A stretch of DNA of 64,000 bases from a virus. A program made the position numbers and the translations under genes. The notes beneath the pieces are model-generated. The model was given only the letters and a program-made list of their open reading frames with translations, ran no database searches and had not been told where the DNA came from. Shown piece after piece: positions 37,589-47,469 of this stretch (positions within the stretch are counted from its first letter, which is position 1; each line of letters begins with the position of its first letter). Location: positions 1 to 64,000 of the IMG/VR virus record IMGVR_UViG_3300045974_000806; one strand, written 5' to 3'.

Positions 37589-39643
37589 TTGTTCGCGCAA
37601 CTGCGTGCGTTTGAATACCAGCGTGACGACCCGCGCCACCGCGTCATCCGCACGGTGCCGGAGTTCCAGAACGCCATCCACTGGCTTGCCCAGCAGCCCA
37701 CCCTGGCGGTGGACACGGAAACCTCCGGCCTCGCTTGGTACAGAGACGCCAGCGTGTGCGGCGTTGCCATGGGCGCAATGCGCGAGGGTGCGCCGCAATG
37801 CTTCTACTTCCCGGTGAGGCACCAGACCGGGGAGGTGCAACTTCCCCCGGACATTGTGTTTGCCGCGGTGCGGGACATCCTGGCCAACCCGGCCCTGGAA
37901 ACCATCTGGCACAACAAGAAGTTCGACCAACACATGCTCCGTCGGGAGCGCGTCCACATCCTGGGCCGTGCCCGGGACACCATGGTGGAGGCGCAACTGG
38001 CGGACGAGAACGCGCCCCTGGCCCTCAAGGCCCGCGCCCTGGCGGACCTGGGCGACAAGCGCGCCCACGCGTTTGAGGACACCCTGGACCGCGCGGTGGG
38101 CCGGCTGGCCAAAGAGGCCAAGTGCAAGAAGACAGAGTTCAGGGACCGCTACGGATACGCGCGCGTGGATGTGATGCTGGCCGGCATCTACGCGTGCTGG
38201 GACATCGACTTCACCCTGGGCCTCGCCAACACGTATGACCGCCGCGGCATCCGGCAGTTCTTCCGGAACACGTATGAGACGGAGATCGCGTTGATCGACG
38301 TCCTGTGCGAGATGGAAGAGAACGGGATGCCCGTCAACCGGGACTACCTTGAGTGGCTGGCCGGCGAGACGGATGCAGCCAAGGACGCGCTGCTCCCCCA
38401 GATCCACGCCGCGGCCGGTGGCTACGTGTTCCGTCCGGAAGAGGACGCGGAGGTGGTTCACGTCCTGACCAAGCGCCTGGGCGTGCAACTCACAAAGGAG
38501 ACAAAGGCCAGCAAGAAGGCGCGGTGGAACAGCGACGAGGAACACGTGCCAGTGTTCACCGTGGACGCGGAGGTGCTGGGCGCGCTGGCCGCGGAACACC
38601 CCGTGTGCAAGCTGATCCTCGACTACCGGGAGGCCGCGAAGATTCGCGGCACGTACACCACGTCCATCATTGAGCGCATTGGTCATGACGGGAACGTGCA
38701 TGGCGACTTCAAGCAACTGGGCACCAACACCGGCCGCATGAGCAGTGAGAAGCCCAACCTTCAGAACGTCAGCAGCGACAGCAATGACCGCGCAATCGCG
38801 CACAGCGGCCTGCCCCTGAAGAAAGGCGGCCAGGACCCGTGGAGCATCAAGCGCGCGTTCACCAACCGCGGCCCAGGGAAGCGCCGCATCTACAACGACT
38901 ATTCGCAGATCGAATTGCGCGTGCTGGCCTACTACTCGCGGGACCCGGTGATGATGGAGACGTACCTTGACCCCAAGGGCGACATCCACACGCGCACGTC
39001 CATGGAGGTGTTTGGGTCCGCGGATGAAGAGATGCGCCGGGACGCCAAGGTGATCAATTTTGGCCTCTCCTACTGCATGAGCGCCATTGGCTACGCGCGC
39101 AACACGGGCAAGTCCGAGGCCCAGGGCGAAGAGGACATGGAGAGGTTTTTCCGTCGGTACGGCCGCATTGAGCCGTTCCGTGAAGAGTTCTGGCGCCTGT
39201 GCCGGCAGAACGGCGCGGCTTCCGGCACCGCCCCACACTTCCAGAATATGTTCGGCAGGCCACGCCGCATTCCGGACCTGAACTCGCGCAACAAGTGGGA
39301 ACGCATGCGCGCGGAGCGGCAAGCAATCGGGTCCCTCATCCAGGGGACCGCCGCGGAACTCACCAAGGAATCCCTGGTGCGCATCTGGCGGTGGGAACAG
39401 AAGGCGCGCACGGGCCTCATGCTGTGCAGCACGATTCACGACGAGATTAGCTTTGACGTTGACGAGGTGCTGACGGAGCCAGTCCTGGCGGCCGTGGTGC
39501 CAATGCTTGAGACGTTTCCGCAGTTCAACCCGGTTCCCATCCTTGTTGACTCTTCCTACAGCGACACGGATTGGAGCGAGAAAAAGAAGTTCAAGAAGGG
39601 ATTGGTGAAGCATGTTTGGGAACCAGCAAACAGTGACGCTTGA
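37589..39643 (+). CDS. polA: Family A DNA polymerase with 3'-5' exonuclease
   Basis: Exo DTETSG, HNKKFD, YACWD; TGRMSS..PNLQN; motif A DYSQIELR; motif B RRDAKVINFGLSY; motif C HDE; TTG start after GGAGG. Confidence 0.96.
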   Translation: MFAQLRAFEYQRDDPRHRVIRTVPEFQNAIHWLAQQPTLAVDTETSGLAWYRDASVCGVAMGAMREGAPQCFYFPVRHQTGEVQLPPDIVFAAVRDILANPALETIWHNKKFDQHMLRRERVHILGRARDTMVEAQLADENAPLALKARALADLGDKRAHAFEDTLDRAVGRLAKEAKCKKTEFRDRYGYARVDVMLAGIYACWDIDFTLGLANTYDRRGIRQFFRNTYETEIALIDVLCEMEENGMPVNRDYLEWLAGETDAAKDALLPQIHAAAGGYVFRPEEDAEVVHVLTKRLGVQLTKETKASKKARWNSDEEHVPVFTVDAEVLGALAAEHPVCKLILDYREAAKIRGTYTTSIIERIGHDGNVHGDFKQLGTNTGRMSSEKPNLQNVSSDSNDRAIAHSGLPLKKGGQDPWSIKRAFTNRGPGKRRIYNDYSQIELRVLAYYSRDPVMMETYLDPKGDIHTRTSMEVFGSADEEMRRDAKVINFGLSYCMSAIGYARNTGKSEAQGEEDMERFFRRYGRIEPFREEFWRLCRQNGAASGTAPHFQNMFGRPRRIPDLNSRNKWERMRAERQAIGSLIQGTAAELTKESLVRIWRWEQKARTGLMLCSTIHDEISFDVDEVLTEPVLAAVVPMLETFPQFNPVPILVDSSYSDTDWSEKKKFKKGLVKHVWEPANSDA

Positions 39644-40133
39644 CGCCTACGTGCAGCGGCTTTCACAGATGACGGAGCCGGTGACCATGTGGACCCTGGA
39701 CGCCAACGGCGAGGTGATTCCACACTTTCAGGTGGATGGCGCGATCATCCAGAACCTGATGGTGGATGAAGCCACGCTCCGCTCCCAGGTGGACCGCATT
39801 GCGAGTGAACAGATGCACTGGGGGCGCATCACCGCGCGCCAGCAGCGGTGCCACGCGGTGCGGGAACGCCAACTCCGCCAGTGGAAGGCGCGCGTGGAAT
39901 TGGAGTTCCGGAAGGCCCAGGACGACCTGGGCAAGAAAACCACGGAGGCCATGGTGGAAGCCCACTACAGGACCGCCCCGGAATACGCGGTGGTTCAGGT
40001 GAACGTGGAGGCTTGCGCGGAGGCGGCCATGGTGGCGGACGTGATCTACTCCGCGTTCCGCAGCAAGCGGGAGATGCTGCGCACGGACATTGTGCGCGTC
40101 CCCGACGGCAGCCTGCAACGTCTTTCACCCTAG
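39612..40133 (+). CDS. UvsY-like recombination mediator
   Basis: Helical; KTTEAMVEAHYRTAPEY motif; located before SSB and RecA. Confidence 0.55.
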   Translation: MFGNQQTVTLDAYVQRLSQMTEPVTMWTLDANGEVIPHFQVDGAIIQNLMVDEATLRSQVDRIASEQMHWGRITARQQRCHAVRERQLRQWKARVELEFRKAQDDLGKKTTEAMVEAHYRTAPEYAVVQVNVEACAEAAMVADVIYSAFRSKREMLRTDIVRVPDGSLQRLSP

Positions 40134-40164
40134 GTGAGACGTTTCCGGCCCAGGACACTACCTA
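40134..40164 (+). promoter_or_regulatory. Phage-specific promoter-like motif copy 2
   Basis: GTGAGACGTTT-ccggcccagga-CACTACCTA, 22 nt before the SSB ATG. Confidence 0.8.
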
Positions 40165-40186
40165 CAAAGAAGAGAGGGAATCACCC

Positions 40187-41647
40187 ATGAACAACCCCTA
40201 CCAGCAGCAGCCCCCGCAGCAGTTCCCCCAGCAACCCCAACAGCAACAGCAGTGGGCGCAGCCGCAGATGGCCGGCCCGCCCATGCAGCAGCAGATGCCG
40301 CAGCAGCAGTGGATGGGCCAGCCCGGAATGCCCATGCCCCAGCAGCAGTGGATGGGCCAGCCCGGAATGCCCATGCCCCAGCAGGCTCCCCAGGGCATGC
40401 CCATGCCCTCCCAGGCTCCGGCGGCACCACCGCCCCCGCTGCCCACCGTGCAGTCCCTCCCCCAGTACCAAGGCACGGACGCCGCCATGGTGGCCGCCGC
40501 CTACGCCGCGGCGGAGGAAGAGCGCGCCCGCCAGACGGAAGCGCGCAACCGCCAGGGCCTGTCCTACTGGGATGGCCCCAAGTGCCCCACCGGCCAGAAG
40601 TGGGGACAGGCCCCCAAGGGCGCCAAGGCCACCGCCTACGTGTGGCTGTGCCCCACGGCGGTGCCGGGCACGCTCCCCTTCCGGAAGGTGGACACGCACT
40701 TTTGGAAGTCCGCGGCATACCCCAAGGGCGTGAGCATCCTGTGCCTGGGCGCCGCGTGCCCGCTCTGCACGGCCCGCAACCTGTTGTTCTCCACGGGCAA
40801 CGCCGCGGATGCAGAGAAGGCCAACGCCATGCGGCGCGCGCGCACGCAGGCGTATTGGAGCATCATCTCCCTGGACGACCCCTATGAGATGCTTGACACC
40901 AAGACGGGCCAGATGGCGCCCCTGGTGTGGCGCATGCCCGGCGGGACCCACCAAGACCTGATGGACTGCTTCAAGATGGTGGAGGAGATGACCCGCAAGA
41001 CCAACGCGGCCGTCCCCGTGGGTTCCGGAATGGACCTGTGCGTCAACCCCCAGCACGGCCGCGCGTTCGCCGTGACCAAGGAGAAAGTGGGGGCCGCCGA
41101 GATGAATATTGAGTGGAAGATCCAGCAGTGTGACAGCAGCGCGCTCCCCCAGCAGTTCTGGCCGGCGCTCTACAACCTCAAGCCCCTGGACAACTTGGAC
41201 CGCGCTCCCACGCAGGACATTGTGCGGCAGGCCATGACGGACCTGGGCTTGCCGTGGTTCCCCACGGTCACGCAACTGTGGCAGGCCCTCCCGGCAGCCG
41301 CGGCCCCCGCCGCCGGCGCACCCCAGCAGCCCCAGGCCGGCGGGTTCATGCAGCAGCCCGTCCAGGCCATCCCTGGCGGCGCCATGCAGGCCATGCAGCA
41401 GCAGGTCCCGGTCATGCAGCAGGCCCCCCAGCCCATGATGCAGCAGCAGCCCCAGCAGCAGTGGGCAGGCCAGATGCCGGCCCAGGGCATGACGCAGATG
41501 GGCGGACCCCAGATGCCACAGGCCCAGGTGTTCCAGGCCGGCCCCACGGTGCAGCAGATGAACGCGGTCTACGGCCCGCCCGGCCAGCAGCAGCAGCCCC
41601 AGCAGCAGAACGTCCCGCAACTCATCCAGCAACTCCACGGGCGGTGA
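40187..41647 (+). CDS. T4 gp32-like ssDNA-binding protein with Q/P/M-rich termini
   Basis: Core PF...THF...C....CPLC...R....YW.I...GR.F.VTK; long Q/P/M/G low-complexity N- and C-terminal regions; sits between PolA and RecA. Confidence 0.75.
   Translation: MNNPYQQQPPQQFPQQPQQQQQWAQPQMAGPPMQQQMPQQQWMGQPGMPMPQQQWMGQPGMPMPQQAPQGMPMPSQAPAAPPPPLPTVQSLPQYQGTDAAMVAAAYAAAEEERARQTEARNRQGLSYWDGPKCPTGQKWGQAPKGAKATAYVWLCPTAVPGTLPFRKVDTHFWKSAAYPKGVSILCLGAACPLCTARNLLFSTGNAADAEKANAMRRARTQAYWSIISLDDPYEMLDTKTGQMAPLVWRMPGGTHQDLMDCFKMVEEMTRKTNAAVPVGSGMDLCVNPQHGRAFAVTKEKVGAAEMNIEWKIQQCDSSALPQQFWPALYNLKPLDNLDRAPTQDIVRQAMTDLGLPWFPTVTQLWQALPAAAAPAAGAPQQPQAGGFMQQPVQAIPGGAMQAMQQQVPVMQQAPQPMMQQQPQQQWAGQMPAQGMTQMGGPQMPQAQVFQAGPTVQQMNAVYGPPGQQQQPQQQNVPQLIQQLHGR
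40301..40378 (+). repeat. 39-bp perfect tandem duplication (QQQWMGQPGMPMP x2)
   Basis: CAGCAGCAGTGGATGGGCCAGCCCGGAATGCCCATGCCC read twice. Confidence 0.95.
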
Positions 41648-41650
41648 CAC

Positions 41651-42808
41651 ATGGCAACCAAACGCAAGGTGACCCGCGGCGGCCTTTCCGGAAAGAAGGC
41701 GCCGGCCCGCGTGAAGCTGAAGGCGGACATCCACGCAGACCTTGCCCAGGCCATCCAGGGCAAGGACAACTTTGCCCACGTCCTGCGGCTGAATGATGAC
41801 CGCGTGGTGGGCACGGTGCGGCGCTACGTGTCCACGCGCTCCCTGGCCATCAACAAGGCCGTGGGAGGCCGCGGGTTCCCTTGCGGGCGGTTGATTGAGA
41901 TTTACGGGCAGACGGGATGCGGCAAGACCACGCTGGTGCAGCACGTGATGGCGGAGGTGCAGGCGACGGACGGCGTGGTCACGCTCTTTGAGCCGGAAGT
42001 GAAGTTGGACAAGCGGTACGCGGCCAACCTGGGCGTGGACAACGGCAAGGTCCACGTCATTGAGCCGGAAGAGAAGAAGGCCAAGGACGGGTCCGTGGTG
42101 TTCTCCGGTGAGCGCACCATTGAGGCCGGCGTGGAGGCCACGCGCCGCACGCTGGACTTTTGGATGGAGAAGGGCGGCAAGGGCCTGCTGGCCATGTTCT
42201 GGGACAGCATTGCATCCGCGGCCACGGAGGAAGAGATGGCCAACCCGCACACGGCCCAGCCCGGCGTTGCGGCCAGGGAACTCCGCCGCGCCATGCGAAA
42301 GTTGATGGGCAAGGTGGCCCGGAGTGACGCGCTGTGGGTGGTGGTGAACCAGCAGTATGAGAAGATCGGCGGGTTCTCACGCACGCCCGGCGTGAAGCGT
42401 TCCACCTACGGTGGCGGCGGAATCCCGTACCACGCAAGCCTGCGCCTGGAACTCATTGTCACCGGCCAACTCAAGGACACCAAGGGCAACGTGGTGGGCG
42501 TGGAGTGCCTGTGCAAGGTCATGAAGAACCATCTGTCCGGCGAGGAAGGGTCCACCGCGCCGGCCAAGGATGAAGCGTTCGCCATTCAGTGGGGCCGCGG
42601 CATCTGCAACGCCTGGACGCTGTTGGAGAAGCTGAAAGCCAACCGGTACATCCAATTCGGCGGGGGCTGGTACACGTACCAAGTGAGCGGTGGCCAGCCC
42701 GTGCAGTGGCAGGGCGGATGGCAGGGCCTGGAAGCCCTGCTGACGGAGAACCCCGCGCTCTACGCCGAGATGGCCAACGTCTACAACAACTGCCCCGGAG
42801 GGGTGTGA
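41651..42808 (+). CDS. recA: RecA/UvsX recombinase
   Basis: GRLIEIYGQTGCGKTT, WDSIA, VVNQ, GG.GIPYHASLRL, GGWY. Confidence 0.95.
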   Translation: MATKRKVTRGGLSGKKAPARVKLKADIHADLAQAIQGKDNFAHVLRLNDDRVVGTVRRYVSTRSLAINKAVGGRGFPCGRLIEIYGQTGCGKTTLVQHVMAEVQATDGVVTLFEPEVKLDKRYAANLGVDNGKVHVIEPEEKKAKDGSVVFSGERTIEAGVEATRRTLDFWMEKGGKGLLAMFWDSIASAATEEEMANPHTAQPGVAARELRRAMRKLMGKVARSDALWVVVNQQYEKIGGFSRTPGVKRSTYGGGGIPYHASLRLELIVTGQLKDTKGNVVGVECLCKVMKNHLSGEEGSTAPAKDEAFAIQWGRGICNAWTLLEKLKANRYIQFGGGWYTYQVSGGQPVQWQGGWQGLEALLTENPALYAEMANVYNNCPGGV

Positions 42809-43068
42809 TGGCGGCAAACAAGAAGCGCCTCTTTGCGCGCGCGTCGGACGGTGTGGCCCACGTGCTCACGGAAACCTATGCCAACGACACCTTTGACGCC
42901 GCGTGCGGCGCCGCGGGCCTCATGCTGGTGTCGATATGGCCGGAGCAGCGGGGCGCCACCGTTGACCGGCAATGCCTCATGTGCCCCTGGGAACGCGACG
43001 GCCACACCAAGCGCCGCGTTCCGGAACAACTCACGTTGCCGGGAATCCCGCCGGCGAGGACCCTCTGA
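42808..43068 (+). CDS. Small hypothetical protein
   Basis: TGATG coupling at both ends; H..ACG...CLMC; C-terminal QLTLP. Confidence 0.6.
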   Translation: MAANKKRLFARASDGVAHVLTETYANDTFDAACGAAGLMLVSIWPEQRGATVDRQCLMCPWERDGHTKRRVPEQLTLPGIPPARTL

Positions 43069-43346
43069 TGCCCCTGTTCACGTTCGTGTGCCCCGACTGC
43101 GGCACGGAGAAGGAAGTCCTGATGAAGGCGTCAGAGCGCGAGACGGAGGTGGTGTGGTGTCCGGACAAGGACTGCGGCCAGGAAGACCCGGAGACGGCCC
43201 CGTCCCGCATGAAGTGGAAGGGCATTGAGGGCGCCACGGTGGTGCGCGCCAACGGCGCCTACAAGTTCCAGTTGATTGACGGCAGCGGCGGCCGGCACAC
43301 GTCCCCCAAGGCGGAAAGCCGCGCCAACCGCCCACGGAGGGCCTGA
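43068..43346 (+). CDS. FmdB-family zinc-ribbon protein
   Basis: MPLFTFVCPDCG...E......CP..CG. Confidence 0.75.
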   Translation: MPLFTFVCPDCGTEKEVLMKASERETEVVWCPDKDCGQEDPETAPSRMKWKGIEGATVVRANGAYKFQLIDGSGGRHTSPKAESRANRPRRA

Positions 43347-44317
43347 TGCTCTACTTCAGCGACCTGCACATGCGCCCGGAATCCGAGGACACGTGCTTTG
43401 CGGTGTTGGAAGCCATGCTGGCCGCGGAGGCCCAGACGGGCCACGCGGTGGGCTTCCTGGGTGACTTCTGGCACGTGCGCTACAGCGTGCCCGTCTACCT
43501 GTTGAACCGCGTGCGGGAGACGTTGAAGCGGTTCCGGAACCTCTACATCCTCCCCGGCAACCACGATCAATACGACGTGGCCGGCCGGCACGCGTTGGAG
43601 GTGTTCCAAGACCTGCCCAACGTGCGCGTGTTCAGTGAGCCCACGTGGGACGTCCACACGGGATGCTGGCTGCCCTACCGGAAGCATCCGGAGGAACTGG
43701 CGCGCTGGGTGGCCAACAACCCGCGGCCGGAAGGGTGCCCGGACGTGGCCCACCTCCACCACGGCATTGTGGGCGCGTCCATGAACAACCACGCGGTGGC
43801 CGGCGAGGCGGACGGACTGCATCCGGAAGCCCTCCCGTTTGCGCGCGTCTACTGCGGGCATTGGCACCGGCACCAGACCATTGCCCAGTGCGTCTACGTG
43901 GGCTCCCAGTGGCAGACGCGCTCTGACGAGTCCGGACAGGTCAAGGGCATGGTGATGTCTGACACCGCCGGCTCCGCGGCCACGTCCACGCGGTTCCAGT
44001 TCATCCCGGTGAACCTGGGGCCGGCGTTCCACCGCGTGGAGGCGTTCACGGCGCAAGAGATTGCCGGCATACACGCGGGTGACACGGTGCGCGTGCCTTC
44101 CGGAACCAGCGCCAAGATGGTCAAGGCGCTCACGGACCTGGGCGCGGAGGTGTTCATGGAGCCGGCCGCCCCGGCCCAGGTGGGGCCGCGCCTGGGCGTG
44201 GCTCCGGGCGCCCCGCTGCGCACGCAGGCGGAGAAGTACGTGGGCACGCAGACCCTTCCGGAAGGGTTCACCGCCGCGGACCTGATGGCCGTGTTTGACG
44301 AGGTGGCCAATGGCTGA
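43346..44317 (+). CDS. sbcD: Mre11/SbcD-like metallophosphoesterase nuclease
   Basis: SDLH, LGD, GNHD, GHWH motifs. Confidence 0.92.
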   Translation: MLYFSDLHMRPESEDTCFAVLEAMLAAEAQTGHAVGFLGDFWHVRYSVPVYLLNRVRETLKRFRNLYILPGNHDQYDVAGRHALEVFQDLPNVRVFSEPTWDVHTGCWLPYRKHPEELARWVANNPRPEGCPDVAHLHHGIVGASMNNHAVAGEADGLHPEALPFARVYCGHWHRHQTIAQCVYVGSQWQTRSDESGQVKGMVMSDTAGSAATSTRFQFIPVNLGPAFHRVEAFTAQEIAGIHAGDTVRVPSGTSAKMVKALTDLGAEVFMEPAAPAQVGPRLGVAPGAPLRTQAEKYVGTQTLPEGFTAADLMAVFDEVANG

Positions 44318-44852
44318 ACCCGTGGTCTTTGGCGATGATCGGCTTCCTCCCCGTTTCTGGGACAAGGCGGTGGTGGAACCCACGGGGTGCTGGCGCTGGG
44401 ATGCGTCGTGCAACTCCAAGGGCTACGGCCTCTACAGCGTTGGCCAGGGTGTGCTGTGGCTGGCCCACCGTGCGGCGTTCACCGCGCTCCGGGGAGTCAT
44501 TCCGGAAGGGTTGCAGATTGACCACCTGTGCCGGAACAAGCGGTGCGTCAATCCAGACCACCTTGAGGCCGTCACCGCGCAAGTCAACGTGCAGCGCGCC
44601 TCTGCGGCTCCGGAGTCCATTGCGCGCGTTGCTGCCAGGGTTGAAGCACGGACGCACTGCGCGCAGGGCCATCCCCTGTCCGGGGACAACGTGCGTTTGG
44701 TGAAGGACCGCAAGGGCAATGTGTCCCGGCAATGCCGTATCTGCCTGCGCGCCCACAACGTGAAGAAGAGGAAACTGGTGCAGGCTGATCCTGAGAAGCG
44801 GGCCGCCCGTAACGCGTACAGCCGCCAGTATTACAAGGAGCACTCCGCATGA
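44310..44852 (+). mobile_element. Free-standing HNH endonuclease
   Basis: RFW..TGCW.W..GYG..AHR..IDHLCRNKRCVNPDHLE; THC.QGH...CRIC. Confidence 0.9.
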
Positions 44853-46933
44853 AACCCCTTGCGCTCTACATCCAGAACTACGGTTCCTTCTACGGGCGGC
44901 ACCACATCAACCTCGCAGACCGCGGGAACGTGTCCGTCCTGGGCGAGAACTGCGACGACCCGCGGGCCAAGTCCAACGGTTCCGGAAAGTCCACGTGGAG
45001 TGACGCCTGGGACTGGTGTTGGTTCGGGGAGCACCCGCGCGGGGACTCCGCGGACAGCGTGGTGAACGACGAGGCCAAGGCCGGCTGCTGTGTGACCACG
45101 GACCTGTTGGATGACGCCGGCCGGCTCATCCGCGTCACGCGCGTGCGGGAATGCGCCGGCGTGGGGAACGGCCCGCGGCTGTGGGTGGACGGCAAGGAGA
45201 TCACCGCCCTGGACGGCAAGGAGACGCAGCGCCTGATTGAGCAGCACCTGGGCCTGGACCGCACGGTGTTCCACGCCGCGGTGATGTTCGGCCAGGAAGA
45301 CACGTTTAAGTTTGCCGACGCGACGGACGGCCAACGCAAGGACGTGCTGACCCGCATCCTTCCGGAACTGGCGGAGGTGGACGGCTACCTCAAGCGCGTG
45401 GATGACCTGCTGGTGGCCGCCCGCGGAGATGAACAGCGCGCCGCGGTGAAGGCCGGCGCCGCGGATGCCGCCCTGCAATCCATCCAAGGCCAGGACTTTG
45501 ATGGGGCCATCCGGTCCTGGGAAGCGCAGCGCGCGGAGCGCCTGGGCTACCTGGGCGCGCTGTCCAATGAACTGGGTGACCGCGTGTCCGCTGCCCAGGC
45601 CCAGGTGGACCTTGCCCGGAACCTGCCGGCAGTGCCCCCGCCGGTCCCGGTCCCAACCGTCACGCCGGCGCCCCTTCCGGAGTACCAAGCAGCCCAGGAC
45701 GCCGCGGCCCTGGCCTCCCGGGAATCGGAGGCCGCCAGCGCCCGCCGGAACGCGGCCAACAACGCCTTGGTGGAGAAGCAGGTGCTGGCCCGGGAGATTC
45801 AGGCCACCCTCCGCCGGCTGGAAGCGGCCACGGTGGGCCAGTGCTCCCAATGCGGCCAGCCCATCACCAAGGAGCATCTGGCCAAGGAGGTGGCCCTGGC
45901 CAAGGCCCGGTGGGATGCCGTGTGCGTGGAGGGGACCGCGGCCAAGGCCCGTTTCGAGGAAGCCAACCAGCAGGCCCAGGCCGCGGCGGACGCATGGACC
46001 GCGGCCGTGAACCATCACACCGCCCTCCACCGGCAGTGGCTGGACGTGCAGCAGCAGGCCCAGCAGGCCCACGCGGTGGCCCAGGCCACCCGGAACCAGC
46101 AGGTTCAGGCCGCCCAGCGCGCCCAGGACGCCTTCCGCCAAGCCGGCAAGGCGCTCCAACAGGCCCAGGGTGACCTGCAACGCACGCAGCAAGAGGCGGC
46201 CACCCTGGCGCAGGCCACCAACCCGTTCCAGCAGCAGCGCGCCGCCTGGGCCGCCCAGGTGATGTCCGCCCAGGTGGTGCAGGCCACGGAACGCGCCGCG
46301 GTGGACTTCTTCCGGAAGCGCGTCCAGGCCCTTGAGTTCTGGAAGGTGGGCTTTGGGGCAAAGGGCCTGAAGTCTTTCCTGCTGGACGGCAAGGTGGCGG
46401 AGATGGCCGCGGAGGCCAACCGGTGGGTGTCTTTGCTCACCGGCGGGACCACCTGGGTGGAGTTCAGCACGCAGCGGCAGGTGGGCAAGGGGAAGGCCGC
46501 CAAGCTGGTGGAGGACTTCTCCGTGCGCGTGTTCCGGAGCAACCCGGATGGGACCGTCACGCAGCGCAACTACCGGTCATGGAGCGGCGGGGAGAAGTAC
46601 CGCGTTGCGTTGGGCGTGGACTTTGGACTGGCCCGCCTGATCGCCAAGCGCGCCCGGTGCTCCTATGACGTGTTGGTGCTGGATGAACTGTTCCAGCGCA
46701 GCCTGGACGCGACGGGCAAGGACGCGGTGGCGGAACTGCTGCAAGCCCTGGCCCTGGAAAAGAGTTCCATCTTTGTGATTGACCATTCAGAGAACTTGAG
46801 TTACGCCAACCTCTTTGAAACCCGGATGGTGGTGCGGAAGATCGGCCGCCGGTCACGGGTGGTGGATGGGCTGAACTACGGCGTGGAACTCGGACCCGAC
46901 AATTCGCTCACGGCGCATCCGGCGTTCCCATGA
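44849..46933 (+). CDS. sbcC: Rad50/SbcC-like ATPase
   Basis: NGSGKST Walker A, coiled coils, CSQC zinc hook, WSGGE signature, LVLDE. Confidence 0.93.
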   Translation: MKPLALYIQNYGSFYGRHHINLADRGNVSVLGENCDDPRAKSNGSGKSTWSDAWDWCWFGEHPRGDSADSVVNDEAKAGCCVTTDLLDDAGRLIRVTRVRECAGVGNGPRLWVDGKEITALDGKETQRLIEQHLGLDRTVFHAAVMFGQEDTFKFADATDGQRKDVLTRILPELAEVDGYLKRVDDLLVAARGDEQRAAVKAGAADAALQSIQGQDFDGAIRSWEAQRAERLGYLGALSNELGDRVSAAQAQVDLARNLPAVPPPVPVPTVTPAPLPEYQAAQDAAALASRESEAASARRNAANNALVEKQVLAREIQATLRRLEAATVGQCSQCGQPITKEHLAKEVALAKARWDAVCVEGTAAKARFEEANQQAQAAADAWTAAVNHHTALHRQWLDVQQQAQQAHAVAQATRNQQVQAAQRAQDAFRQAGKALQQAQGDLQRTQQEAATLAQATNPFQQQRAAWAAQVMSAQVVQATERAAVDFFRKRVQALEFWKVGFGAKGLKSFLLDGKVAEMAAEANRWVSLLTGGTTWVEFSTQRQVGKGKAAKLVEDFSVRVFRSNPDGTVTQRNYRSWSGGEKYRVALGVDFGLARLIAKRARCSYDVLVLDELFQRSLDATGKDAVAELLQALALEKSSIFVIDHSENLSYANLFETRMVVRKIGRRSRVVDGLNYGVELGPDNSLTAHPAFP

Positions 46934-47469
46934 GGTTTGTAATGTTTCCGGATGGCGTTGAGTGGCGCACAGTCAGAGGGTTCCCAACCTACCGGGTGAC
47001 GGCGGATGGTGAGGTGTGGAGCTACCACAAACACTCCGCTGGTGATGGCTGGAAACGATTGACAGCGTGTCCGGATTCCGGAGGTTACATGGTGGTGGGA
47101 CTGACGCGCGGTGGGCGGTACGGCGAGGCTTCCGGAAAGAAGACCACCTGCAAGGTGCACCGGTTGGTGTTGCAGGCGTTCCGTGGTCCGTGCCCACGCG
47201 GTTACGAGGCGCGGCACTTTCCGGACTTTTCAAAGGACAACAACCGTTTGGACAACCTTGCTTGGGCGCCCCCGGAAGTGAACCAAGCGGAGCGAAAGCT
47301 GGCCAGGGGCGAACATTCAGGCCGGGCCAAGCTCACGGAGGCGGACGTGCGGGAGATGCGCCGGCTCCGGAATGCCGGCATGCTTTTGCGGGAACTGGCG
47401 GAGAAGTTTGGCGTCAACACGCGGACCACATGGTGCGCGGTCACCGGCAAGACATGGAGTCATCTGTGA
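46930..47469 (+). mobile_element. NUMOD4-HNH homing endonuclease
   Basis: EWRTVRGFPTYRV..G.V.S; VHRLVLQAF...H...K.NNRLDNL.W; AKLTEADV HTH. Confidence 0.88.

Noticed and set aside
37589-42808. Introns or inteins in polA/recA
   Set aside because: Lengths are normal, motifs are contiguous and there are no intein terminal motifs.
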